From Selaginella moellendorffii (lineage: Eukaryota; Plantae; Lycopodiophyta): a DNA stretch of 64,000 nucleotides. Both the position numbers and the translations under genes were made by a program. The DNA is taken from positions 231,777 through 295,776 of the forward strand of contig NW_003314267.1 in assembly GCF_000143415.4 (NCBI RefSeq). The letters are read 5' to 3'. Position 1 is the first letter of the stretch; each line of letters begins with the position of its first letter. Positions 46,901 to 60,200 of the stretch are shown here, one piece after another. A model generated the notes under the pieces. It ran no database searches and had not been told where the DNA came from. It worked only from the letters and a program-made list of their open reading frames with translations.

Positions 46901-49900
46901 ATGTTGCGATATAATAAGTCAATGTCATAAAAAGAAATGCTCATTGTCAAGGAGGCCATTATTGGGACACCCAAACACTTTAGAACACCAAGAGGTGGGG
47001 TCTAGTGTCGCGAGGGCAATAGATAAGGCCCAAGGGACTAAGTCCCTAGCGAATGATGGATAGAAGGTACTATCTAAACGTCCAAGGTTGTGGAGACAAG
47101 AGAAGACTGTCTACCCGAATTGGACAAAGCCAAAATGGAATTGTGGCAAGGCTAGTGAAGGACATATAATGCCCGAAAGTAGCAACATTAATCCCAGTGT
47201 GTAGAATCACAAGGTGCCACTCCTTAAGCTATCGGGTAGGTTCATCCCTGAGAATACTTAGTAGAAAGTGCAAAGCTATCCTCCTAATCTGGAGGAGAAT
47301 AATCAAAGGAAACGTGTAAGGGCAAAAGGCAAGTAGTAAAGGGATAGAACCTAACCATAAGAAGCGAAGGGCATAACCAAGGGTGGTTATGTAAGTTGGG
47401 AGTGGAGAATTAAGTGGGTGCTCGAGTGTGTTGCTGCTAGCGACCATGATGCCATGAAGAGTCTAAAATGTGGAATTATCCATATTAGACCATATGGTGA
47501 GTAGGGGGCTTGCAAAGGAGAAGCCTTAGCAAGCTAAGGAACAGAGTTCCTTGAAGGTTCCCAAAGACAATTTTAGGTAGATAAATACCTAGAAAGCCAA
47601 GTGTAAATGGTTCCTAGAGTGCGCGAAATTAGAGTAGTGTAGCAGAAGCGTGGTCTTGAAGCTAGCCATGAGGCAAGGTTATCAAGGTTAGGGAAGTAGT
47701 TCCCGAGTGTTCAAAAAGAGGGTTTTGAACGAAAGTCGATAGTTAAGGACTTTCACGCTTATGCATGAACCATGTTATGGTGGCTGGATGACTTGCTAAG
47801 TGAGATTGGCAAGTCAGAAGGACAAATCCCCTAGTTGAAGGTGCTAACTTCAAAAGGGATGGCCCATGGGGCCAAGCATGGAAGAGTCCACGCATGATCA
47901 CAGACTTGTCAAGCGAAAGGACTTGGCAGTGTCGAGGAACTAGGTTCCTAAGTTGTGATCTATAGCATGCTTTAATTACATGTTAGTGCATTAGCGTGGG
48001 GAGTCAAGCCAGGCATCCTGTGTGATGCCACTGTAGATGCATATACGGAGGTTGGATTCGAGTCCCGACCCTCTAGTGCTTGGGTTCGAGTCCCAACTCA
48101 CTAGGGCGAAGTGATAGTTTGGAATATGAGGACACTCATTTTTCAGTGGTCATGATGGACTCTTAGTAAGGAGACTAGCTTGGGCACTATAGTGCACCTG
48201 AATTTGGAGCCGAACTCCAAGCCTGTTGCGCTACGAACGAGGGTCCAATACAATCCCACGAGCACCAGCTCCCCGTATCCAGCACCTGCACGCAAAATGG
48301 TGTCAGATGGAGTCTGGCACAATTTTGGCATACCGGTGGCCTAACGCAAGGAGGAGGGTACTCTACTGACTAGAGCAGCGTGGAGCTTGGGCTTAGACCC
48401 AAGCCGAACGCAGAACAAGGAGCAACACAGCCTAGCGAGAGCTAAACTAATGTCTTAGGTGGTCGGATATGCATTCCAACCACTATCCCTACTATACATT
48501 TGGAACCCCCCATAGCCCCCCCCCCCCCCCCCCCCCCTTTGAGGAACACACTTTGGGCTTTCACCCTAAGCCTCCATTAGGCTTCCATTAGTACCAGGAG
48601 TTAGTCTCTGGGACAAGCTCGAAACTTACCAAATATGGAATGTCCTTAGATTGCGAATTTGGACACGGGACGAACACCATTGTGTTCAGGCCAATCTCTA
48701 CATTCCGTAGATATGCCAAATGAGTGAATCTAGACACTTTCCATAAATAGCATATGGGACTGAAATGAGACCAACACAAAAGGCATGATAGCCAGGGTGT
48801 TTGGCAAACATAGTAAGCTATCATCCGGCGATATTGAGGGACTAGTCTCAATATCGCAGGGGTTCTTGATACTAGCAAGTGCAAGTCAATGACACGAGTT
48901 TCTCAAACCAGGCCAAGTATGCTTAGCAAGAAACACATAGGGTTCCTACCTTATGTTTATCCAATTTAAGTGCACAGTCATTGACCAATTTCTCAACTAG
49001 CTTAAGTGGGAACGATAAAGGGAACCAACTGTACCGACCTCTTGCCATCATGGTAGTAAGGAAAGAGTGTCCGTAAGGACTAGCTGACAAGTATCTTTTG
49101 ATACCCGAAGTCACATTCGCGACAGGCACACCGCCAAGTGGAAGATGCCCCGGAGTCGTGATGCACGGTTAAATTGCTTAGTGTGGCTCGGCACATCTAA
49201 CTTGAACACTTTGGTGCGAGTGACACCAAGAATGTGGTGAATGAGATAGAGACACCCAATCTTAGTTGCTATGGACCCTTAGCCGGAAGGGCTAGCTTGG
49301 GTGCACCGCTAAGTGTGGGGGATGCCCCTGGGGTCATGGTGAACAACTTAAAATTCTGGAGGACTTAATACCTATTGGCAAACTTGTTAAGGTGCCAAGG
49401 TTAGATCACTAGATGGTCTTATGGCTAAAACAAGGACAAGGTCCTTGTGAGGTTAACAGATAAGGTTCCTAGTTCAAAGTGTTGATTTGAACTATTGATG
49501 ATGGTGTGGCTTGATCAAGGGGAAGAACATCTAAGGGAAATGATCTGTGCTAATGCGATGGTATAGTGAGTCCAAAGAAAGTAGTCTCTATAAAAGACCC
49601 ATGGGAGGGTCACAAAGTTGGGCTAAGGATAGAGCCCACAGCAAAACATGCTAAAGAGACTTACTAGGGGTGAACACCCTCTGGACTTAGCAAAGCAAAG
49701 TCTTTACTCTGGAACCAAAAGAATACCTCGAGAATGGAGGTAGCGATCCAATGTTGCTAAGTGCAACAATCAAGGATAAGAGCAAAAAACTAGTGGCTAA
49801 GAAAAGAGCCATAGGAAAGAATCCAAAAAGCAAAGCTAGGCCGGGAACACTAATGTGTTGGGTGCTAACGAATTGTGGGAAAGGCAATGTGTTTCCAAGG

Positions 49901-52031
49901 ATGGATTCTGAATTGTTCCGATTTAGCAAAAGTAGAAGTTCCAAGGGAGGGAGCGGTAAGGTAGCCAAATGATAGGGCCATGAATAGCCTTAGCACAAAG
50001 TATGATAACTGGAACTTAGTGCTTAAGGTGGCACGAAATAGAAGAGAGGATGATGGTGCCCTCAAGTAGAGAACTTCTTAGGATAGGGAAGTGGAGTTGC
50101 ACAATATGTGTAATGCAAGGTGTTGGAGACACTTAAGAAAGTGACTTTAAGAAGCCAAAAGTAAAAGTTCCAAAGTGCAAAAGTTATATCGATGGAAATT
50201 GAGACTACTTGAGAAGGAGTAGTGGATTGAGATTGTCTCTAACAGGTTTAGTGAGGACTAAACCAATAAACGGAGAGAACCACCACAAGTGGTCGAATAA
50301 ATCTCTAAGTTGGAGAGACTATACTCCTTAGAGGATGGACAAGGCATGGTAAGGCTTCGGTGTCAAACCATAAACAAACTTTGGCTGGGTGCCAAGGATG
50401 GAAATGGTAATACATGTGGGTGTTCTTTTATAAAAGGGTTTACCGTTTGATGAGGACATCGAACTTTGTCTATGGGTGGTGGAGTTGTGAGACACTATGA
50501 GACACAAAATCTCTAGGCCCCAAAGTGGAGCCGAAAGGGTGCCACGTGGTAGTGGCCGAAGTAAAAGCCAAACGAACGTAACACATTTGGACTAAAAGCT
50601 CCAACTTGAAAGGTCGAGAGTGGGAGTGGAACTCCCAACGAAGTGCCCGAGATGGACCCAAGATGGAGTCAGAGATAGAGTCGAAGATGGACCGAAATGG
50701 AGTCCGATATGGACCCGAGATGGAGTCTGAGATGGAGTCTGAGATGGAGTCTGAGATGGAGTCTGAGATGGAGTCCGAGATGGACCGAAATGGATTCCGA
50801 GATGGAGTTCGAGATGGACCCGAGATGGAGTCTGAGATGGACCCGAGATGGAGTCCGAGATGGAATCCGAGATGGAGTCCGAGAAGGACCTGAGATGGAG
50901 TCCGAATTCGAGATTGAGACCGAGACTGGGACCGAGACTAGGACCAAGACCAAGACCGAGACCAAGATCGAGGCCAAAAGCAAGACCGAGCCCAAGCCCG
51001 AGTCCGAGTCTAAGTCCGAGTTCGAGTTCGAGTTTGAGGGGGTGAAAGCCCAAAGCGTTCGTCTCCCAGACCCTAAAGGGTTTGGTGAGCTCCAAAAGTA
51101 TAGTAGGGGGAGGACTGCAGTGGAGCCAGTTTGGCCAGGAAAGGCCAGTTTGGCTTAGGAAGGCTGTACCCAGTGTTGGGTGATGAGCTGCCCACTAGGA
51201 AGTCCAAGACTAGAGTGAACATGGACTAACAAGCAGGGTAGCTTGGTGAAGTGTTTAAGAGCCGGCTCTAGTTCCCCCGGGAGATTGACTGGCTCCACTG
51301 GCCGATGCTCCAAGTCCAAGTGTGGATGGCACTACCTACTTGGATACCTGGCGTGGCTCAATGGAACCTCGCTCTAAGCCCATGGCTAGAGCACCCAAAG
51401 GCAGAAGGCAGGGAGAGTACCCATGAGGCCCGCGTAGAGCCACAGTGTTCCGAAATGTTGCCCCAAAGTCCCAGACTGTGAAAAGGAAGAGGAGCTATCC
51501 TCTGGTGTAGAGACCAAGGATACGGTCATGTGAGGAGGAAGTCCCGGAGGACCAAGGGACTTAGTGGTCGGGCTTGTGGGCCTTGATCTAGTGGTAGTGT
51601 TGGCGAACACGGCCATGGACAGAAAGGGACTTGGTGGGGATTGGAAAAGGGATATTGGGGAAGGTTAATCCCCATATCTGTGGGCATCACAAGGATGCTA
51701 AGGAGTGGATCTGGGATGATCACTCGTGGATGGGTGGCCCAGTCTATGAGAGAGGGACTGTGATGCAGGTGGTGTGGTATGACCAAGGTGAAGGGGCATG
51801 GCCTTAGTGTAACAGGCCGATATGTCGATGGTACCTTGGGGTGTTGGTCATAGGATTGGACACGTGGAGCACTTGGACCAAGTGCAAAGGTTGAGTGGCG
51901 GGGATGCCATTCTAGGGGCTAGCAAGCCCAAGTCCGAAATAGGACTTATGGAGGTTGTGAGTGAGACTCCTCTAAGTGGTCGGAGGTGTGGTTAAGTGAC
52001 TAAAGTAAAATGGAAAATTTAGTCACTTACA
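43986..52031 (+). mobile_element. Family-A LTR retroelement A2 nested in A1
   Basis: 5' LTR 43986-45554; PBS-like TGGTCTCGGAG; PPT; 3' LTR 50486-52031; TSD TATAC/CATAC. Confidence 0.88.
48188..49124 (-). mobile_element. Family-B (chromovirus) solo LTR nested in A2
   Basis: Reverse complement of LTR 57221-58135; perfect TSD GGCAC (48183-48187 / 49125-49129). Confidence 0.9.
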
Positions 52032-55000
52032 CATACCCGAATTGAGGAACCACTCCCTAGGCTGCCGGGTAGGTTCATCCTTATAAATAGTTATTAAGGT
52101 ATGGTAGAAAGTGCAAAGTTATCCTCCTAATTTGGAAGAGAATAACCGAAGGAAATGTGTGAGGCCAATAAACAAGTAGAAGGGGGAAAGAACTGAACCA
52201 TAAGAATTGAAGGGCATAACCAATGGTGGTTATGCAAATTGGGAGTAAAGAATTAAGTGGGCTCTCGAGCATATTGTTACTAATAATCGTGATGCTATGG
52301 AGAGTCTAAAGCATGGAATTGTCTATGTTAGACAATATGGCAATTAGAAAGTTTGCGAAAGGAAAGGCCTTAGCAAGCTAAAGGGCAAAGTCCCTTCAAG
52401 GTTCCTAAAGACAATTCTAGGTAACTTAATACCTAGAAAGCCAAGTGTAAATGGTTCATAAAATGCGCGAAATGAAAGGGGCGCAGCAGAAGCGTGGCCT
52501 TGAAGCTTGCCATGAAACAAAGCTATCAAGTTTGGGGAAGTAATTCCCGAGTGTTTAAAGGGATGACTTTGAATGAAAGTTGATAGTCAAGGACTTTCAC
52601 GCATATGTATGAAACGATATTACGTTGGTCAGATGACTTGCTAAGCAAGATTGGCAAGTCAGGGGAACAAATCCCCTTGTTGAAGGTGCTCATAGGGCCG
52701 AGCATAGAGGAGTCCATGCATGATCACAGACTTGTTAAGTGAGAGGACTTAGCAGTGCAGAGGAACTAAGTTCCTAAACTGTGATTTATAGTGCGCTTTA
52801 AGTATAAGTTGGTGCACCGGCATGGGGAGCCATACTAAGCATCATGTGTGATGTTGTCTATAGATGCATATATGGAGGTTGGGTTCAAGTCCTGACCTTA
52901 TAGTGCTTGGGTTCGACTCCCAACTCACTAGGGCAAGGTGATGGTTTGGAGTATGAGGACACTCATTTTTTGGTGGTCATGAACTTTTAGTAAGAAGACT
53001 AGCTTGGGCACACCACCAAGTGGGGGATGCCCTGGAGTCATGATGTACAGTTAAATTACTTAGTGTGAAAGCTCGGCATATCTAACTTGAACACTTTGGT
53101 GCAAGTGGCACCATAAACGTGGTGAATGAGATAGGGACACTCAGTCTCAATTGCTATAGACCCTTGGCTAGAAGGGCTGCCTTGGGTGCACCGCTAAGTA
53201 TAAGGGATGCCCCCAAAGTCATGGTCAACAACTTAAGATTTTGGAAGACTTAGTACCTATTAGCAAACCTGTTAAGGTGCCAAGATAAGATCACTAAACA
53301 ATCTTGTGGCTAAATAAGGACAAGGTCTTTGTTTGGGTAAGGAATAAAGTTCCTAGTTCAAAGTATTGATTTGAATTAATGATAATGGTGTGGCTTGGTC
53401 AAGGTGACCAAGTGGGAAGAACATTTAAGGGAATTGAGTTATATTAATGCAATGGCATAGTGAGTCCAAAGAAAATATTCTCTAGGAAACACCTCAAAGT
53501 TAGGCCGTGGATAGGGCTTATAGCAGACAATGCTAACGAGATCTATTAAGGGTGAGCACCCTTTAGACTTGGCAAGTGGAGCTTTTACCATAGAACTGAA
53601 AGAATACCTTAAGGATGGAGGCAGTGATTCTATATTGTTTGGTGCAACAATCAATGGATAAAAGCAAAAAATTAGTGGCTAAGAAAAAAACCATGGGAAT
53701 CATGGGACAAAACTCAAATGGCAAAGTTAAGCCAGGAACACTAATGTGTTGAATGATAACAGATTGTGGGAAGGCAATGTGTTTCAAAGGATGGATTCCC
53801 AATTGCTCTGATTTGGCAAAGGTGGAAGCCCCAGGGGAGGGAGCAGTAAAGTAGCCAAATGATAGAACCGTGGATAGCTCTAGCACAAATTATGATAATT
53901 GGAACTTAGTGCCAAAGGTGGCACAAAATGGAAAAGAGGATGATGGTGCCCTCAAGTAAAGAACTTCCTAGGATGGGGAAGTAGAGTTGCACAAAATGTG
54001 TAATGCAAGGTGTTGGAGACACCCAAGAAATTAACTCCAAAAAGTCAAAATTAAAAGTTCCAAAGTGCAAAGGTTATATCAATGGAAATTGAAACTACTC
54101 AAGAATGAGTAGTGGGATGGAGATAGATAAAGTGTCTCTAACAGGTTTAGCAAGAACTAAACTAATAAAAGGAGAGAACCACCACAAATGGTCGAATGAG
54201 CCTCTAAGTTGGAGAAACTATGCTCTTAGAGGATGAATAAGGCATAGTGAGCCTTTGGTGTCAAACCATTGACAAATATTAGCTAAGTTCCAAGGATGGA
54301 AAGGGTAATACATACTAATATTACTTTATAAAATAGTTTATTATTTGATGAGGATATCAAACTTCATCTATGGGTGGTGGACTTCTGAGACACAAATCCT
54401 TAAGCCCCAAAGTGGAGCTGAAAAGGTGCCACATGGTAGTGGCTAAAGCAAAAGCCAAACGAACATAACACATTTGGACTAAAAACTTTTACATGAAAAG
54501 TTGAGAGTGGGAGTGAAACTCCCAACGAAGCACTTGAGGAAAAATACAAAAGGAGCAATAAGTGAGTCTCTAGAAAGAGGTACACAAGAGGACTAACACA
54601 TGACACATGGAAGTGTCTAAGATGGACCCGAGATGGAGTCCAAGATGAAGTCCGAGATGGACCCGAGATGGAGTCTGAAATAGAGTCCAAGATGGACCTG
54701 AGATGGAGTTCAAAATGGACCCGAGATGAAGTCCAAGATGGAGTCCGAGATGGAGTTTGAGATGGAGTCTGAGATGAACCCGAGATGGAGTCCGAGATGG
54801 CCCTGAGATGGAGTTTGAGATGGAACCGAGACCAAGACCGAGATCGAGATCGAGACCGAGATTGAGATCGAGATCGAGACTGAGACTGAGATTGAGATTG
54901 AGATCGAGACCGAGACCGAGATTGAGACTGACTAAGACTGAGACTGAGACCGAGTCCGAGACTGAGACTGGGACCAAGTTTGAGTTCGAGTTTGAGTCCG

Positions 55001-56264
55001 AGTTCGAGTTTAAATACTAATATAGGCAGTTGGGGGGGGGGGCGAGGGGGAGCTGTAGGGGGTTCCAAAAGTATAGTGGGGGTTGGACCCCAATGGAGCC
55101 AATTTGGCTAGGAAAGGCCAGTTTGGCTTGGCGAAAGAAAGCCATACCTAGCTGTTGAGTGATGAGATAACCACTGGGAAGTCCAAGGCTAAAGTGAATA
55201 TAGACTCATAAGTAGGGTAGCTTGGTGAAGTGTTTAAGAGCTGGCTCTAGTTCCCCCGAGAGATCGAATGGTCGATGCTCCTAGTCCAAGTGTGGGTGGC
55301 ACTACCTACTTAGATACCTAGCATGGCTCAATGGAACCTCACTCTAAGCCCATGGCTAGAGCACTCAAAAGCAGAAGGTGGGGAGAGTACCCATGAGGTT
55401 CACGTAAGGCCACAGTGTTCCAAAATGTTGTCCCAAAATCCTAGACTATGGAAAGGAAGAGGAATGGTCCTCTGGTGTAGTGACTAAGGATACAGTAATA
55501 TGGTGAGGAAGTCCTAGAGGACAATGGGACTTAGTGGTCGGGCTCGTGGGCCTTGTCCCAATGACAGTGTTGGTGAACACAGCCATGGACAAAAAAAGGA
55601 CTTGGTGGGGATTGTAAAAGGGATATTGGGGAAGGTTGTTCCCCATGTCGGTGGGCAACTTAAGGATGCTAAGGAGTGGATCTAAGATGGTCACTCATAG
55701 ACAGATGGCCCAGTCTTTGAGAGACTGGACTGCAACGCAAGTGGTGTTGGACCACCGGTGTGACCAAGGTGAATGGGCATGGCCTTAGTGTAATGGGCAG
55801 GTATATCGATGGTACCTTTGGGGTGTCAGTCGTGGGATCGGACACGTAGAGCACTTGGACCGAGTGCAAAAGTTGAGTGGCATGGATGCCATTTTTAGGG
55901 CTAGCAATCCCCAAGTCTTGAATTGGACTTATGGAGGTTGTGAATGAGACTCCTCCAAGTGGTCAGAGGTGTGGTTAAGTGACTAAAATAGAATGGAAAA
56001 ATTAGTCACTTACATGGTGATCAAACACCACCTACATCACAATCATGTCTCTCAAAGACTGGGCCATTCGTCCATGAGTGGTCATCCTAGATCCACTCCT
56101 TAGCATCTTTAGGATACCCGCAGAAATGGGGACAACACTTCCTTAGGTCCCTACAAAGTCCTTTCCATCCATGGCCGTGTTCGCCAACACTCCACTAGTC
56201 AAGCCTACAGCCCAACCACATACTGTCAGCATGACTCTCCCTCTCTTTATTCCGCTTTTGTTTT

Positions 56265-56364
56265 NNNNNNNNNNNNNNNNNNNNNNNNNNNNNNNNNNNN
56301 NNNNNNNNNNNNNNNNNNNNNNNNNNNNNNNNNNNNNNNNNNNNNNNNNNNNNNNNNNNNNNNN
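56265..56364. other. Assembly gap (100 N)
   Basis: Run of Ns. Confidence 1.
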
Positions 56365-56439
56365 GGATAGCATTCAAAATATCATGGTTTTGTCTTTCAT
56401 CCATCCATACTTACTAGATGGATGAGGTTTCTTGAGTCA

Positions 56440-57220
56440 GTGAAAATCTTTTAGCATGGTCCGAAGTCCACAACTCTACCATATGGCTATCTTGCCACTC
56501 CTTCCTTTGGAACTTTCACCTTTGCCAAATTAGAGTATTTAGGAATCCATCCTTGGAAATATACTCCCTTTCCCACAATCCGTTAGCATCAAATACATAA
56601 ATGTTCTTTGCTCAACTTTGGCATTTGGATTCATTTCAATGATTTTTATAGCCCATTCTTGGCCACTAGTCTTTTGTTTCTATCTGCTGATTGTTGCACT
56701 AAGCAACATAGGATCACTACCTTCATCCTTGAGGTATTTTCTTAATTCCATAGTAAAGTTGTTGCTTTGCCAAATTTAAAGGGTGTTCACTCTAATAGGT
56801 TTCTTTAACATTTTCTGGTATGGGCTTTATTCACGGCCTAATTTTGTGACCCTCCTATAGGTCTTTTTTAGAAACAACTCTTTTGGACTCACTATGCTAT
56901 CACTTTGACCTAGCTCATTTCCCTTATGTGTCCTTCCCACTTGATCATTTTGACCAAGTCACACTATTATTAATAATTCAAATCAACACTTTGAACTAGG
57001 AATTTTATTCCTTAACAAAATAAAGACTTTATCCTCATTTAACCACAAGATCACTTAATGATCTCACCTTGGCACTTTAATAGGTTTGCCAATAGGTATT
57101 AAGTCTTTCAGACTTTTAAGTTGTTAACTATAACCTTAAAGGCATCCTCCACACTTAATGGTGCACACAAACCAACCCTTCTGGCTAAGGGTCTATAGCA
57201 ACTAAGACTAAGTGTCCTCA
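56440..57220 (-). mobile_element. Minus-strand fragment of family-A internal region
   Basis: Reverse-complement similarity to ~53140-53860. Confidence 0.7.
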
Positions 57221-60200
57221 TATCGCAAATGTGACTTTGGGTATTGAAAGATACTTGTCGGCCAGTCCTTATAAGCACTCTTTCCTTACTACCACGACAA
57301 CAGAAGGTCGGTACTGCTGGTTCCCTTTATTAGCCCCTCTTGTCCAAGTGTTAGTAAACTAGACTTAGCATCTGTACTTGGCCGGATGAGCATAAGGAAG
57401 GAATTCCTAAGTGTCTATTTAGCCAAGCATACTTAGCCCGGCTTGTTAGTTTTCTTTTTCTCTGTTTTACACTAGCTTGGCAAGAACCCTCGTGTAATGA
57501 GACTAGTCCCTCAATATTGCCGAATGATAGCTTATTGTGTCTGCCAAACACCCTTGCTATCACGCCCTTTGTGTTGGTCTCATTTCGGTCCCAAATGCTA
57601 TTTATGGAAAGTGTCTAGATTCGCTCATTTGGCATATCTATGGAATGTAGAGATCGGCCTGAACACAATGGTGTTCGTCCCGTGTCCAAATTCGTAATCT
57701 AAAGACATTCCATATTTGGTAAGTTTCAAGCTTATCCCAGAGACTAACTCCAAGTACTAAGGGAGGCTTGGGGTGAAAGCCCAAAGTGTGTGTTCCTCAA
57801 GGGGGGGCTACAGGGGGTTCCAAATGTATAATAGGGATAGTGGTTGGAATGCATATCCGACCACCTGAGACATTAGTTTAGCTCCTGTTGGGCTGTGTCG
57901 CTCCTTGTTCTGCATCCAGCTTGGGTCTAAGCCTAAGCTCCACACTGCTTTAGTTGGTGGAGTACCCTCCTCCTCGCGTTAGGCCACCGGTATGCCAAAA
58001 TTATGCCAGACTCTGTCTGACACCATTTTGCGTACAGGTGCTGGATACGGGGAGTTGGTGCTCGTAGGATTGTACCAGACCCTCATTCGTAGTGCAACGG
58101 GCTTGGAGTTCGGCTCCAAATTCATGTGCGCTACATTTGGTATCAAAGGAATTATCTTAGCAATTCCTATACAACTTTTGTGGGATTTTCTGACTTAAGT
58201 TGCATATGCAGAGCCTTTCTAGTAAATCCGAAGTGACCTGTGTAGGATTAATTGGATTGCACCATTCAGTAAGAACGTTGTATGCATGCTCAGTTACTGA
58301 TAGAGGCATGTATGCAGCTAATGGGATGGTGAAAAGGAACCATGTTGATGACGCTGAAACCTCTAGACAGGCAAATCGAGAGGAGGAAACTCCTGCTGGA
58401 GATGCTGCGAAAGAGGTGGAGGCCAAGTCAGAAGAGGAAGAGCCAGATGCTGCGGCATTGCAGTGTACGGCTCAAGAAGTTGAGATCGAGAATTTGCAAA
58501 AGGAGATTCGCAAATTGAAGAAGGAGAACAAGAAGAGGAAGAAAGAAGCTGAGGCAGCTAAACCATCTAAGCCTAAGCAACCGGACTCCTCTTCAAGTTC
58601 TGAGGACGATGAAGTTCTGTAGCCGCCCCCAGTTGCACAAGTTTCAAAGTTCAAGCCCCCGAAACCACCAACTTCAGAGGCATGCAGGACTATCAAGTTT
58701 TGGAGGACTGGGTCTACAATATGGAAAACTATTTCATAGCGGCAGACGTAGATGATCGTACGAAAGTTGCGTGCGCGCAATCCTTTCTCACCGATCATGC
58801 CAAAACTTGGTGGCGCTAGGTATGTGCTGAAAAAGGGTAGACTAGAAGTTGGACCAAGATGCGGTCTCGTATTCGTAAGGAATACTTGCCGGATGATCTT
58901 GGTCTAAGACTTTGTGCGGAGCTGCGGCAGTTAAAGCAGCAAGGGGATCTTATGCATTACGTTAATGTGTTTTCTTAGAAGCGCATTATGATTGTAAATA
59001 TGAGTGACGAAGATGCTTGAAGTTATTTCCTAGAGGGTTTAAGTTCACTTTCTCGTAATGAGATTTTGAAGTTTAAGCCAAAGATGTACCTAGAGTGTAA
59101 GGAGGTAGCGCAGCAAGTTGCCTTTAGTCACTCGCTCATGGAACAATATTAGCAATCGTATGCTGGTAACTCAGATAAGAATAAAAATTCTAGGAATAAA
59201 TAAGGTGATCGGAAATAGAGGGTGGAAGGTAGGTTCTGCTTTGGAGGCTCACAAGCAACAGTTAACAAAGGTGGTGGTGGTTGAAGACCACCAACAGCTT
59301 CTTCTGGTCCTAGGCCCTCTGTTCCTCCTCCTGGTGGGTATAAGCAGCAGCAACTTGCAAAACCTGCTCCTAGCGAAATGGGTAGTGTGGGTCATTGCTT
59401 CCATTGTGGAGAGTTAGGACATAATGTCCCAACAAGCATAAGACAAGGTCTCAGGTTAATGTCATGAGGGAAGACGGTGGTGGTGAAGCTGAAGGGGTTG
59501 ACGAGTTCGTCAATGCAGACTATGAGGAAGAAGAGGTGAGTAACTTTCGTTGCTTTCCTCAAGTTTTTCTTGCAATCAATGCAAACACTGATCCGTTGAT
59601 GTATCTGGTAGGCTTTGTCCGTGGACACCAAATCCGAGTGATGATTGACAAGGGAGTTACGCACAACGTGATATCTGAAGACTTAGTTAAGTTGTTAGGA
59701 TTGAATGCTGAGCAAATGTCACCTATGCACTTCCGGTTTACGGAAGGTGGGCAAGTAGCCAGAAAGTTTGTGAGTGATATCCAATAAAAATATCTAAGTG
59801 GAAAGAAAGAGTGGACTTAGTAGTGTTGAAGATACCAGATTTTCAGATGGTGTTTGGTATAGACTTCTTCAATAAATATATAAAAGGGATTTATAGTGCT
59901 GGACAAAGTTGTATCACATTGAAGTCTGAAGGACGTCCCTATGTGTCCTTCCAGTTGCAAAAGTGTTCCTCAAAGGATTGGGATGTAAAGTTCCTGATTG
60001 CGAGGGCCACTCAAAAAGCAGCTAATAAGGGATGTCGGACCTTTTGGGTTCAAGTGATGGAAGCTGAGGGTGTTGGTGACTTAGTTCAAATCAGTGACGG
60101 GGTTGATCCTATACCAAAGAAAATATTAAAGTTGTTGGCGAAGAATCAGGATATCTTCCCGAAGGATTTGCCACCAAGGCTACCTCTTAGCCGTGAGGTT

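Larger units (their letters stand above)
40545..56014 (+). mobile_element. Family-A LTR retroelement A1 (LARD-like, no recognisable intact gag-pol)
   Basis: 5' LTR 40545-42296; PBS TGGTATCGGAG ~42300; PPT TGGGTGGTGG 54371-54380; 3' LTR 54384-56014; degenerate TSD CGATG/TGGTG (from CGGTG). Confidence 0.85.
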
